DNA from: Eledone cirrhosa
Lineage: Eukaryota
Assembly (NCBI GenBank): GCA_964016885.1
Contig: OZ024744.1
Coordinates: 94,674,001 to 94,738,000 of the forward strand
DNA: 64,000 nucleotides
Reading direction: 5' to 3'
Below the pieces are notes generated by a model that searched no databases, was not told the origin of the DNA, and worked only from the letters and a program-made list of their open reading frames with translations. How positions within the stretch are numbered: the first letter of the stretch is position 1; each line of letters starts with the position of its first letter. A program made the position numbers and the translations under genes. Below are positions 1 to 11,552 of this stretch, piece after piece.

Positions 1-268
1 TGCAATACGAAAGACGATCTGAAGGCCAGGATCACAAGTGCCTCTAGGGGCCTAAGTCGGGGGACAGTGACAAAGGCCTGTAGCCGGTTCCGAAGCCGCC
101 TTGAGGCCGTCATCAAAGCCAATGGCGGGTTTATCGAGTGAGATCGAAAGAACAAGTCATGAAGACAAACTGACCCAAGTTTGATAACTAAATCTTAAAA
201 AATAAAACTACTGTGTTATTTTTTCCTAAACAGTAATAATCTTGCGAACAAATATCGTCCACACCCTG
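1..268 (+). mobile_element. 3' end of a Tc1/mariner-superfamily DNA transposon (transposase C-terminus plus right terminus)
   Basis: Frame +1, 1-141 reads CNTKDDLKARITSASRGLSRGTVTKACSRFRSRLEAVIKANGGFIE*, the typical C-terminal 'RF..RLEAVI.A.GG.IE' motif. The element ends ...CACCCTG at 268 followed by TA (reverse complement TA-CAGGGTG). Confidence 0.85.
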
Positions 269-282
269 TATATATATATAAT

Positions 283-497
283 GGTTTCTTATATAGGCAC
301 AAGGCCAGTAATTTGGGGGGAGGGGAAAGTCGATTAAATCGACCCCAGTGCGTGACTGGTACTTTATTTTATCGACCCCGTAAGGATGAAAGGCAAAGTT
401 AACCTCGGCGGGATTTGAGCTCAAATCATAAAGAGCCGTAACTCTACGCTGCAAAACATGGCGTTCGACCCTCTACCGATACTACCAATCCACCGCC
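283..497 (-). mobile_element. tRNA-derived SINE, family A
   Basis: Reverse complement of the copy at 4850-5037. Shares the core CTGGTACTTTATTTTATCGACCCCGTAAGGATGAAAGGCAAAGTTAACCTCGGCGGGATTTGA. Six copies in the window. Confidence 0.85.
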
Positions 498-888
498 TTC
501 CTGTATATAAATATAATGATGACTAAATGTATATATATATATATATATAATTATGGCTAGATATGTGTAAATATATATAATTATGGCTAGATGTGAATAT
601 ATATATATATAATCAGATAATCAGGGCTAGATGTGAGTGTTTGTGTATATAATTATGGCTAGATGTATATATATATATATATATATATAATTGGGTCTAG
701 ATGTGTATATATATATATATAATCAGGTCTAGATGTATTTTACTGCAGCAATGATCAAGGAAGGACACTGAATTATTAATAAGCGTTTCATTGATTTGTA
801 AAACCTATAAACCTTAGTGATAGCAGAAATGTATCATCATCATCATCATCATCATCATCAAGTCAAAATAAAAGAGATAGATAAATCA

Positions 889-1470
889 GTATCACCATCG
901 TTTAACGTTCATATTTCCACACTAGCATGGGTTAGACGAGTTGTCCTGCTGTGAGATGATGCAGATCAGATGACCATGTCTTGCTCATACAGATCTGGTT
1001 TTTTTTGCCTGCTGTCCACAGCTGGATGCCCTTCCTAATGCCTACTTCATTCACAGTGTGGACTGGGTGCTTTTTGCTGACACCAACTCGACTACTTTAC
1101 AGTGTGGATGGAGTGCTTTTTGTCACGACACTTAAATAACCACTTTACAGTGTGTACTGGGTGCTTTTTGTCATGACACCTACATAATCACTTTACAGTT
1201 TGGACTGGATGCTTTTTGGTATGACACCTACATGACCACTTTACAATGTGTACTGGGTGTTTTTTGTCATGACACTTACATGACCACTTTACAGTGTGTA
1301 CTGGGTGTTTTTTGTCATAGCACCTACATGACACTTTACAGTGTGGACTGGGTGGTTTTTGTCATGACACCTACATGACAACTTTATAGTGTGGACTGGG
1401 TGTTTTTTGTCATGACACTTACATGACCACTTTACAGTCTGGGCAGTGTACTTTTTGTCATGACACCTAC
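889..1470 (-). mobile_element. 3' part of SINE family B ((GAT)n tail) with an internally amplified 48-bp unit
   Basis: CATCACCATCGTTTAACGT..TTTCCACACTAGCATGGGTTAGACG and CAGCTGGATGCCCTTCCTAA match the full-length copy at 19737-20130. Confidence 0.75.
1050..1470. repeat. 48-bp minisatellite, about 9 copies
   Basis: ACTTTACA recurs at 1094, 1142, 1190, 1238 and 1286. Unit approx. GACCACTTTACAGTGTGTACTGGGTGCTTTTTGTCATGACACCTACAT. Confidence 0.9.
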
Positions 1471-1641
1471 AAATGAATAAATAAAAAAGGTTCATGGTGC
1501 ATGTGTGTGTGTGGTGGTGAGGGAAGAATTGTCGACATTGAGTAAAATATCATGGTGCAATTAAAATTGGTTTGTTAATGACGGAACTTATAAGTAAACT
1601 ACTATTTTTTTTTTATTAATCTGTTTTATTTATCTTTTCAG

Positions 1642-1750
1642 ATGTGATACAACTTCAAAATTACGCAAGAAGTTAGATTTTATTCGGTTATATCTCAATG
1701 ATCAAGTACATTTTAAAAGTATTTACCGATATGCCTATGATTTTGCTAAG
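1642..1750 (+). CDS. DCUN1D4: DCN1-like protein (DCUN1D4/5 type), internal coding exon
   Basis: Acceptor ttttcag| and donor |gtaaga. Translates (phase offset 1) [36 protein letters not shown], matching the PONY/cullin-binding domain of DCUN1D4/5 as I recall it. Upstream exons lie outside the window. Confidence 0.93.
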
Positions 1751-2252
1751 GTAAGAGGGTTTTACATATCAAAAGTTAAGATAAAGTTGTTGGTATTTCT
1801 GAACTATTAAGTTAAAAGAACTTTATCGAAAACAAAGCGTCTTTCTATCATTTCATGTCAGTTTTTTTTGTGTTGGCATGAATTGGATGGGTCGTTATAG
1901 TCCAAGTCAGTTCTTATTCAGAGTTATCGTCCTTCTACGTGGGTTAGGGGACTACATTTTGCTCATAATTTCTCTTTTAGGCATGGTTTCTATCATTTTT
2001 TAAAAGTTGGTCATGAGCGGAGAGCTGTGGGTGTGTCACACTGTTAGCACTCCCAGACAAGAGATTGTTTATCATTTTTAGAATCTCACTAGAAGAGGTT
2101 TTACAAGTCTTTTTAGGAGGTCATAGTTAATTGTTTTTAGCTTGTAATTTAGAACACTTCATGTGCCTCACAAATCTCCATGTGCCAGATACACTTCTTG
2201 GTCTCTCTTGGTTCAAGTCAAGAGCTCTGCAATGTCCATGGAAAAGTGAAAA

Positions 2253-2770
2253 TTTGTATTTTTCCACAGATGGCCATCCCAACTCACTGTCATTGTAAAG
2301 ATTTCTCTAGCTCCTTCAGTTGTATTTTTCCACAGATGGCCATCCCAACTCACTGTCATTGTAAAGATTTCTCTAGCTCCTTCAGTTGTATTTTTCTACA
2401 GATGGCCATCCCAACTCACTGTCATTGTAAAGATTTCTCTAGCTCCTTCAGTTGTATTTTTCCACAGATGGCCATACTAACTCACTGTCATTGTAAAGAT
2501 TTCTCTAGTCTTTATCCACAGATGGCCATACCAATTCACTGTCATTGTAAAAATTTCTCTAGTCTTTTTCCACAGATGGCCATACCAACTGACTGTCGTT
2601 CCAAATATTTCTCTAGTCATTCTCCATAGATGGCCATACTAACTCACTGTCATTCCAAAGTTATTTCAGTTATATTTCTCCACAGATGGTCAAATCAACT
2701 CACTGTCGTTCCAAATATTTCTCTAGTCTTTCTCCATAGATGGCCATACCAACTCACTGCGGTTCCAAAA
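2253..2770. repeat. Intronic minisatellite with 66-bp then 54-bp units
   Basis: GATGG anchor at 2269, 2335, 2401, 2467 (66-bp period), then 2521, 2575, 2629, 2685, 2739 (about 54-bp period). Confidence 0.92.
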
Positions 2771-3333
2771 ATTTCCCCACTCACTTAAGTTTCTGCATGT
2801 TTCCTGTGCCATTTTAAATTTGGCATCTGGTAACCACATTGGAAGGGTTGTTTGCTGCAGATGGATATCTTGACTAAGATGGGTAGAGCAAATTTTCCAT
2901 AAAAATTGAAATTACAGTTTCTGTAATCTTAGCCAGAGTTTTGTCTAGGAAAGATTACGAGAGTCAAGTGGTACCATATCTTGGAGGTCATGTACATATT
3001 TAAGATCTTAGTGAAAAGGAGTTTCTTGGCTGGACAATAAATATGCCATAAACCAGATCTAGAGTTCTGTAACTCAATCTCCAGATTTTATCCAGATCAG
3101 GCACAAACCAAACTTACAGAGGCTTAATTTTAATTAGTTTATCTGTTTTGGGAAAATATCCAAATGTATAGACATTTCTTTTTATTTAATCCAGAATGTA
3201 CCATCATCCTGCTGATCTGAGATTGGTGGTAATGGCAGCTTGGATGTAAGTGTGGCTTGTTGTGAAGAGTAGGGTATATTTCTCCTTGACCTATGAAACG
3301 GAATAATTTTCTTTCTTTCAACTGTTTCTCTAG

Positions 3334-3438
3334 GACAAAGACCAAAGAAGCATGGATATAGAAACTGCTAAAGCAATGTTATCATTATTGTTAGGTAAAC
3401 ATTGGACACTGCACAGCTCTTTCCATCAATTTCTAGAG
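3334..3438 (+). CDS. DCUN1D4: DCN1-like protein (DCUN1D4/5 type), internal coding exon
   Basis: Acceptor tttctctag| and donor |gttagt. 105 bp: [35 protein letters not shown], in frame with the previous exon. Confidence 0.95.
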
Positions 3439-3526
3439 GTTAGTCAATTATCACCGTTCAATTGTGTTTTAAATTATGTGTGTGTGTGTGCTTGTTGAGG
3501 TATATATGTGTGTGTGGCTCTGTATA

Positions 3527-3680
3527 TATGAGGGTGGGCTGAAAAAGTTATAGGCTGACTATGAAGGAGTGATGTTAGAGCTGTGAAATCTTGCATGCAA
3601 TGCATTAATTTCAACTCTTCTTATTAATAACTGCATTGTTTCTTTCCAGAGACTGTTGAAAAATAAACCTTTTCAGCTAG
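3527..3680. mobile_element. Mariner-like terminal fragment
   Basis: TA-TGAGGGTGGGCTGAAAAAGTTATAGGCTGAC resembles a mariner terminal inverted repeat following TA. No partner end found. Confidence 0.4.
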
Positions 3681-3689
3681 CCCGCGTAT

Positions 3690-4356
3690 ATGTGTCTATA
3701 TGTAATGATAATATGTGTGTGTCTGCATGTAATGATAGCATGTGTCTGTATGTAATGATAGCATGTGTCTGCATGTAATGATAGCATGTGTCTGTATGTA
3801 ATGATAACATGTCTGAATGTAATGATAACATACCTGTATATAATGATAGCATGTATCTGTATGTAATGACTACATGTGTGTCTGTATGTAATGATAACAT
3901 GTCTGTATATAATGATAGCATGTGTCTGTATGTAATGATAACATGCCTGTCTGAATGTAATGACTATATGTGTCTGAATGTAATGATAACATGTTTCTGT
4001 ATGTAATAACATGTGTGTCTATGTAATAACATGTATGTCTGTATGTAATGACTACACGTGTCTGTATGCAATGACAACATGTATGTCTATATAAAATGAT
4101 ACATGTGTATCTATATGTAATAATATGTGTCTGTATGTAATGACTACACGTGTCTGTATGTAATGACATGTATGTCTATATAAAATGATACATGTGTATC
4201 TATATGTAATAACATGTATGTCTGTATGTAATGACTACATATGTCTGTATGTAATGACAACATGTATGTCTATATAAAATGATACATGTGTATCTATATG
4301 TAATAATAACATGTGTCTGTATGTAATGACTACATATGTCTGTATGTATGTAATGA
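3690..4356. repeat. Degenerate 21-27-bp minisatellite (ATGTAATGATAGCATGTGTCTGT-like)
   Basis: ATGTAAT(G)A anchor repeated about 25 times, ending about 20 bp before the next exon. Confidence 0.9.
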
Positions 4357-4375
4357 AATTGTTGTTTCTTTGCAG

Positions 4376-4478
4376 CAATCAAAATACAAAGTTATAAATA
4401 AGGACCAGTGGTGTAATATATTGGAATTTAGTCGAACAATCTACCCAGATCTTTCAAATTATGATGAAGATGGGGCTT
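4376..4478 (+). CDS. DCUN1D4: DCN1-like protein (DCUN1D4/5 type), penultimate coding exon
   Basis: Acceptor tttctttgcag| and donor |gtgagt. Translates [34 protein letters not shown] plus 1 nt (T), the conserved DCN1 C-terminal motif. Confidence 0.96.
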
Positions 4479-4849
4479 GTGAGTATTTTAGACGACGGGG
4501 TTTCTCTTTTATTTCTATGTATTTGACAAGAGTTTTTATCTCTGTCTGTTTATGTGTATGTGTTGTTCCCTAAAATGCCATCAGAGGTAATAATAGCTCC
4601 CTCCCTGCAGTTTTCTACTCCACCCTTAAACTCTGGTTATTACATTTTCTCAACACTCACTTCCACTGCTGACGATTGTATCACATGTCTAACAGAAGCT
4701 ATCAGCTACTTCTGGACAGACAGAAGGCTTCATTTCTTGGGTGCTCTTACTGCTAACTACTCCTGTGTGTAGTTTATTACAAGAGAATTTTTTTCAACAC
4801 GCTGATGTCAGGGCCATCTTAACGCATGGGCACGCTGGGCAGTTGCCAA

Positions 4850-5037
4850 TGGCAGTGGATTGGCAGTATCGGTAGAAGGTCAGATGCCATACTTTGCAGC
4901 ATAGAGTTACGGCCCTTTATGGTCTGAGTTCAAATCCCGCCGAGGTTAACTTTGCCTTTCATCCTTATGTGATGGATAAAATAAAGTACCAGTAATACAC
5001 TGGGGTCATTTCTGGCCTTGTGCCAAAAGTAGAAACG
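4850..5037 (+). mobile_element. tRNA-derived SINE, family A
   Basis: A-box-like TGGCAGTATCGG and B-box-like GAGTTCAAATCCC, followed by GCCGAGGTTAACTTTGCCTTTCATCCTT..GATAAAATAAAGTACCAG. Confidence 0.85.
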
Positions 5038-5137
5038 CTCAAACACAGACACTTATAAAAATAAGTTGTTCAAATTTATATATAGACTAGCAGAGGTACT
5101 CGGCGTTGCTCGGGTATTAAATACCAGTTATGTATAC

Positions 5138-6067
5138 CAGTGGTCGCCAACCTTTCTAAAACCGAGGAACCTTCTAAATATTTTGAATTCTTAACGGAAC
5201 CTATACAATACAAAACTTAAAAAAAAAAAAAAATAAAGTATTTATTTATTTTAGTGAACTTACGTTGTCAGAACAGCGAAATGACCCAGTCTCTCGGCTG
5301 AGAGACCTCGCTGAACTGAAGTTTTCAATTTAAAGTTATGCTGTCACCGACCAACATTTACTTGTTTGTGATTGGTCAATTTCTAAGTTCAATTAGTGTA
5401 TTATCAGTAGTAGTCAAATTCTCGGAATTCAGAAAACTATGTCTTTCCAAGAATAATAATAATGAAATTATTGTGTAAAGTGCTCAGGTGCACTACAACT
5501 CGTCAAAGGTGTATGTATAGTACATAAAATAATACACAAATGTCAGGGAAGTGAATAGTGTATGAGTCATGGTATACATGTGTGTATGTGTATGGAGGGG
5601 GAACATTAGGTGTAGTGTTGGCGGATCTCAGGAAGCATGGAGGCCTTAAAGGATGCAGTGTCTCGACAGCTAACAACCGATGCAGGCAGTTTGTTCCATG
5701 CTTCAGCAACTCTGAGCGTGAAAAAATGTTTCCGAAAGTCATGGGAACTGTGCTGTTTTCTGACTTTGTGGGCATGCCCACGTGTGTTAGACACATGGAA
5801 ATCAAAAAATTGATGTGAATTGATGTGAAATTGAAAGTATTCAATTTCCACGAATCTCAGAACAGTGTTTTTCTGCTAATTCAGGTGAGAAACTGAAAGT
5901 AGTGTTTTCCACGAATTGGAGTGGAGAACCTGTGTACACTACAATAGTACTCGTTCATTTATACATTGCACCTTTGGCATTTTCTTTGCACCTTTTTCAG
6001 AAAACCCAAAATATTAATGGTAAAGTAAATATTTATTTTTTTAAGGAACCCATGTTGGCGACCACTG
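5138..6067. mobile_element. hAT-superfamily non-autonomous element (MITE)
   Basis: Perfect 14-bp TIRs CAGTGGTCGCCAAC / GTTGGCGACCACTG and an identical 8-bp TSD ATGTATAC at 5130-5137 and 6068-6075. Confidence 0.92.
5452..5848 (-). mobile_element. 5'-truncated CR1-group LINE 3' end
   Basis: ORF 5606-5851 encodes NTRGHAHKVRKQHSSHDFRKHFFTLRVAEAWNKLPASVV, the CR1 ORF2 C-terminal motif (TRGH..K, FF..RV...WN.LP). (ATT)n tail at about 5452-5463. Confidence 0.88.
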
Positions 6068-6694
6068 ATGTATACCATTTATGTCAATACTTAAGTGCTG
6101 CTTGGAAAACTATACTTTTACAAAAATCATCGGCTTTTTCCAAAAGGGGTTTCCTGCCCCCAGGGGTCCCCTACTCAATATGTGCCAATTCTGAGAGTTC
6201 ACATTCATCTGTAGAACAAACGTAGCTCATGTGTCAAGTTTTGTGAAAATCGGTTGCGAACTCCAGGCGTTATGACGTTTTGTTACTTTGCACTGCAGTG
6301 CTTCAGTCGACTCCAAGGAAGTGGTTAAAGGGGGTTATCTGCTGGGAGGCCCTATAATCAATATCTGGAAAAATGAAAGTGCCCATGACCATCCGGAATA
6401 CATAAGTAACCTATGTCTTAAGTTTGGTGAAAATACTGTAGAAATGCATAAGGTTCACACACGCACGCGTGTTTGCGTATGTATTTGTGTGTGCGTATGT
6501 ATATGTGTATGTCCGTCGAACATACGTATGTACTGGCCTAAATCTTCACTATTTACTTTTACTATTTTAAGGCAAAGTTAAGATCACGTCGAGGTTAAAT
6601 TAGTTTAAGATCCTGTTAATGTTGAAAGCAGCGATTCTTTGCTTAAACTTCCTTTCTTTCTCAACCCCTCTCACTCTCTCTCTCACACTCAAAC

Positions 6695-6896
6695 CCCCCT
6701 CTCTCTCTTCCTCTACAGAATAGAGAATAATAAAGAACAAGCAAATCTTTCTCTCTCTCTCTCTTCCTCTACAGAATGGAGAATAATAAAGAACACACAA
6801 ATCTTTCTCTCTCTCACTCATACCCCCTCTTTCTCTTCTTCCTCTACAGAATGGAGAATAATAAAGAACGCGCAAATCTCTCTCTCTCTCTCTCTT

Positions 6897-6932
<36 letters not shown>

Positions 6933-6935
6933 AAC
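6695..6935. repeat. Three approx. 63-70-bp tandem units with (CT)n, followed by (GT)n
   Basis: CTTCCTCTACAGAAT(A/G)GAGAATAATAAAGAAC occurs three times. Confidence 0.8.
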
Positions 6936-7339
6936 CAGCGTTCGTCGCCATTCTCTCCCTCTCTCTGTCTCTCTATCTGATTATCTTGTACCTCTCTCTG
7001 TATAACGACCTATCTCACTCTTTCTACATCTCCCTTTCTCTCTTTAGATGTATATGTATATATGTGTGTGTGTGTGTGTGTGATATATATATATAGAGAG
7101 AGTTGCAACATGTATGTAGTTTCATAGATTTTTGAGGGTAGTGAGAATGAAAATATAAACAGCATATAAATAAATTTACAGTAGAATAACATAACAAATA
7201 TGTTTTAAATCTATACATAAATAACATTACAAATGCCTCGGTAACACTACAAAGGATGATACAATGATGATATAATGGGTACATGCTGAAGCATATAAAC
7301 AATATGCCCCCACACCCCCCACCGCAAGGTGGTCGTGGA

Positions 7340-7588
7340 GGTGCCACGGCAAAAAAGCACCCAGCCCACACTGTAAAGTGGACGTGTAGGCGCCACGAAA
7401 AAGCACCCAGCACTCACTGTAAATGAGGTTGGTGTTAGGAAGGGCATCCAGCTGTAGAAATCAAGCCAGATCAGTTCCTGTATGAGCAAGGCATGGTCAG
7501 CCGACCAGCCACTGCCCACAACAGGACAACCCGTCTAACCCATGCTAGCGTGGAAGAACGGACGTAAAACGGTGATGATGATGATGAT
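7340..7588 (+). mobile_element. SINE family B 3' portion
   Basis: GGTTGGTGTTAGGAAGGGCATCCAGCTGTAGAAA...CCGTCTAACCCATGCTAGCGTGGAAGAACGGACGTAAAACGGT(GAT)n. Confidence 0.85.
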
Positions 7589-9274
7589 TCCTTCAATGCT
7601 ACAATATTAAAGAAAATGTAAAGGAAGGGGTGAACAACGGAGCCAACACCAGAGCAAAAGACAGCAACGTCACGAGTACTGGGCAACCTCTCTAATGATT
7701 TTTTAGCAAGCCAGCACACTTGCAGCGTTGCCTCGGGTGATAGCGAGGCTGATGCTCTGAAATATTGTTTTAAAAGACTTTTTAATGGAAATGAAGCAAA
7801 ATGGAAGCTTAATGTTGAAACTTCGAACTCACGAATTTTGCTGGCCCGAAAACTGTTTGCGTATTTTTGTACTTCTGCACGCGTCGTTTATTCGTAACGT
7901 AAATAGGTAAACAAATGACGCCATAAAAGGGAAATAACTCGTCTCTCATCTCTATTTATACATTTGAACTGAAAAATCAATACATTACAAATTCGATTTT
8001 TGAACTTGGCGTGGGTCGATTTGAAAATTTATTTGACCAATGTCTCCGCCGGACCTTCATCTATAAGTGTAGCAATTTCACCAAAATTTGGACGTACGGT
8101 TTAGGAGGAGATGTGTGCCAACTGTTTTAGTAGACAGACAGACAGACAACCTCAGTTTTATATATATAGATTGTGCACACAAGTGTAGTGAATGTTAGAT
8201 GCTGTTTTCTGTAGTTTGTCATCAGCCCTTCCTTCCTCAGTTTTCTTTAGTGTGTGATGTCATTACCCCTTCCTTTCTCAATCATCTCTAGTGTATGAAG
8301 GAAGGACAGATGAACGGATGGAAATCACTTAAATTTATATATAGATATAAAATTCTTTTTCTCTGTCAGCTTTACTGATATTCCACTGATCATTTTGAGT
8401 AGCTATTGCTTACATTGGATATATAGAATAGAATAGAATAGAACCTATTCCAATTCTTCATATCTAGCATGATCACTTTCTTGTCTTGTCTGTAGCAGTG
8501 GGTTTTTTTCATCATCATCATCATTTAATGTCTATCTTCCATGCTAGCATGGGTCTGCTAACTAAACATTTCTTTGTTGCTAAATTGACTTTTAAGCCTC
8601 TCAAATTCTAATCACTGCTTCAGCAGCAAATTCAGCTACAGGAGCTTCCATGGACAGCCCATTTTGTAACTCTGTTTTGACCTGGAGAACAATAATAAAC
8701 CAGAGAGTGGGGTGGTGGGTAGGTGGAATGAGGGTCATAGAATTAGTCCTTTGTGGACCACTATGTACATGTTAAGTTTCTTGCTGAGCTTGTTGCAAAT
8801 TCTCACTTTCCTGATGGTAACACCCTGTACATGGCTTGCATAGCACCCACAAGATATTTTTCTAAGCCTAGATTTCTTAGTGACCCCTAAACTACTACAG
8901 TGTATGTAGTTGCTCTGTCAAAACAGTTTGCTAAGTTTGCAATTAGCTGATATAAAACTGAAATCTAAACAGTCTGTGAGGCCTAATACTTTCAAATGTC
9001 ACCATTCCTTTTTATATTTTTTTTGGCCTGCTTCTATCATAAGTCCTTTCACTGTCATTTCATTTTCCAGCTGGCATGTATCAAGCTTTCACATAGTATA
9101 TCAATAACTATGTAGCTGTGCCATTTCTTCATATTGGCCAGATTCTTTCTCAGGATTTCTTAGTAAGCTGTTTTTAGCAACCCATACTAATCTCATTTCT
9201 TTCTGTGAATGCCAGTTTTCGATGTTCAATAGAATACCTATGTTTCCTTATGTTACACATTGTAAAGAGTAAAA

Positions 9275-9590
9275 ACCATTTTCAGTCACAAATGACCATG
9301 GGGTTTGCACCTAGAAAGCTCCCCTCTGAGGCACAAGTCTGAGCAAGGTGTTATTTGTGGAAAACTAGTAGCTGCTCATGCAACATCAGTCTCCCCTATA
9401 AATGCCACCGATGTTGTTCAAGGTCAATGTCGATACAGCTTGGCACCAGTGACATTGCAACTCATTTCTACAGCTGAATAAACTGGAGCAACATGAAATA
9501 TGTCTTGCTCAAGTACACAACACACCACCCAGTCTGGGAATTGAACTCACAACCTCATGATTACAAGCCCAATGCTCTAACCACTACTTA
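9275..9590 (-). mobile_element. SINE with family-B tRNA head and a different tail
   Basis: CTCATTTCTACAGCTGAATAAACTGGAGCAAC..GTCTTGCTCAAG..TTGAACTCACAACC..GCCCAATGCTCTAACCACTA matches 19988-20116. The left part differs. Confidence 0.75.
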
Positions 9591-10149
9591 TGTATTGCCT
9601 CACGCAATCTTATTTTTACTTTTTTGCATGAAGAGAGAAACCTTCTCCCTGTTTGTAACAAGGTGAAGTAGTAGTTTCCCTAAATTCCTCCAAAACTAGA
9701 ACCACTCCAACACTAATTATATCAATTAATTAGCAGAAATTAGTGATTATTATTTTTTTTATTTTTTCACCAGTCATCTGAGAAGTTTATAGGAGTTTTG
9801 TTTTTCTTCTCTGATGGTTGCTTTGTTGCCAACTACTCCTGTTGTTTTTGTTTTTTTCTTGTTTGTTTCTTTGTTATCATTTTTATCATTTAGTTGTAAA
9901 AGGGGAGAAGCAACTAGAACATTTTATAATCCATTCTAATTTTGGTACGGTTGATGATGTAGTTAATATTTAGCTTGAACTTTTGTTAGTTGATGTTGTT
10001 GATTGTGGTGGTTGTGATGGTGGTGTTGGTGGTGTTGTTGATGGTGTTGGTGGTGAGGAAGAGGTGGACAGCAGAAGCTTTGCAGTTCTGAGTAGGAAGA
10101 TTTGTGTAAAGTATTTAGTGAGACTTTAAGTGGGACTGATATAAATAAG

Positions 10150-10216
10150 GATGGTTTATAGGTTACAACTGTGGTGTGGTGTGGTGTGGTGTGGTGTGGT
10201 GTGGTGTGGTGTGGTG
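10150..10216. repeat. (GTGTG)n pentanucleotide microsatellite
   Basis: Direct read. Confidence 0.95.
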
Positions 10217-10246
10217 TCCAGTTAGCTAGTTCAGAGAAACAGAAAA

Positions 10247-10956
10247 AATATCAGAATTCTGAGCCAGCATTTGTGGTCATAGAGTGAGCAGAGGGTTGTA
10301 TCCAGCCAACTAGCTTATTTGTAGAAACCATAGAAGAAATATCACAATTCTGAGTCAGTATTTATAGTCATAGAGTGAGCAGAAGGTTGTATCCAGCCAA
10401 CTAGCTTATTTGTAGAAACCATAGAAGAAATATCACAATTCTGAGTCAGTATTTATAGTCATAGAGTGAGCAGAAGGTTGTATCCAGCCAACTAGCTTAT
10501 TTGTAGAAACCATAGAAGAAATATCACAATTCTGAGTCAGTATTTATAGTCATAGAGTGAGCAGAAGGTTGTATCCAGCCAACTAGCTTATTTGTAGAAA
10601 CCATAGAAGAAATATCAGAATTCTGAGCCAGCATTTGTGGTCATAGAGTGAGCAGAGGGTTGTATCCAGCCAACTAGCTTATTTGTAGAAACCATAGAAG
10701 AAATATCACAATTCTGAGTCAGTATTTATAGTCATAGAGTGAGCAGAAGGTTGTATCCAGCCAACTAGCTTATTTGTAGAAACCATAGAAGAAATATCAC
10801 AATTCTGAGTCAGTATTTATAGTCATAGAGTGAGCAGAAGGTTGTATCCAGCCAACTAGCTTATTTGTAGAAACCATAGAAGAAATATCACAATTCTGAG
10901 TCAGTATTTATAGTCATAGAGTGAGCAGAAGGTTGTATCCAGCCAACTAGCTTATT
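10247..10956. repeat. 91-bp minisatellite, about 7.7 near-identical copies
   Basis: AGAGTGAGCAG at 10281, 10372, 10463, etc. (period 91). Confidence 0.95.
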
Positions 10957-11256
10957 CAGAATAATTGAAACTTTTGTAAAAAACCATAGAATAGGCAGAA
11001 GCCATTGAAGTGACAGACTGTAGAAGAAACAGGAAAGTGTAATGTCACAGCTGGAAGGTAGTAATTGTAGTGTGTTGTTGCGCGTTTTTTACCAATCGAT
11101 CACATTGGCAGACATTTGTTTTTAGGGATGTGGTCTATGATGTTTGCATGAGTAATAAACAGATATATAGTTAATTATGTTACGGTTGTGCATTTGAATG
11201 GGTCGCAGAGATGGAGTGTTTTCTGGTTCTAAAGAGAAAGCCTAATCTAAAGAATG

Positions 11257-11420
11257 CATCATCATCATCAACATCACCACCACCACCACCACCACCACCA
11301 CCACTACCACCACCACCATCATCATGATGATCATCACCACCACCATTATCATCATCACCACAACCTCCACCACCATCATCACCATCGCCATCATTATCAC
11401 CATCGTCTTCATCACCACCA
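11257..11420. repeat. (CAT)n/(CAC)n trinucleotide microsatellite
   Basis: Direct read. Confidence 0.9.
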
Positions 11421-11552
11421 TATATAAACCGAGGCAGGTAATCAACACATTGTTTAGATGGCATATAAAAGCCAACCTCCCATTTTATCATAAATTTTTT
11501 TGGGGGGGAAGGGGGGGGGTAGATAACATATTCTTGGCTTATATTTGCGTAT

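Larger units (their letters stand above)
5087..8170 (-). mobile_element. Non-autonomous Helitron-like element (possibly composite) with nested insertions
   Basis: Left end a|CTAG (5087-5090) followed by hairpin TACTCGGcgttgctCGGGTA. Right end (GACA)n..GTTTTATATATATAGA|t at 8170. On the minus strand this reads A|TC...CTAG|T. It is uncertain that both ends belong to one insertion. Confidence 0.6.

Noticed and set aside
2180-2629. 149-aa Cys/His repeat ORF
   Set aside because: Produced by 66/54-bp intronic minisatellite units. No recognisable domain.
4313-4573. 86-aa ORF as a stand-alone gene
   Set aside because: Only 4376-4478 is exon. Its flanks are intron read-through.
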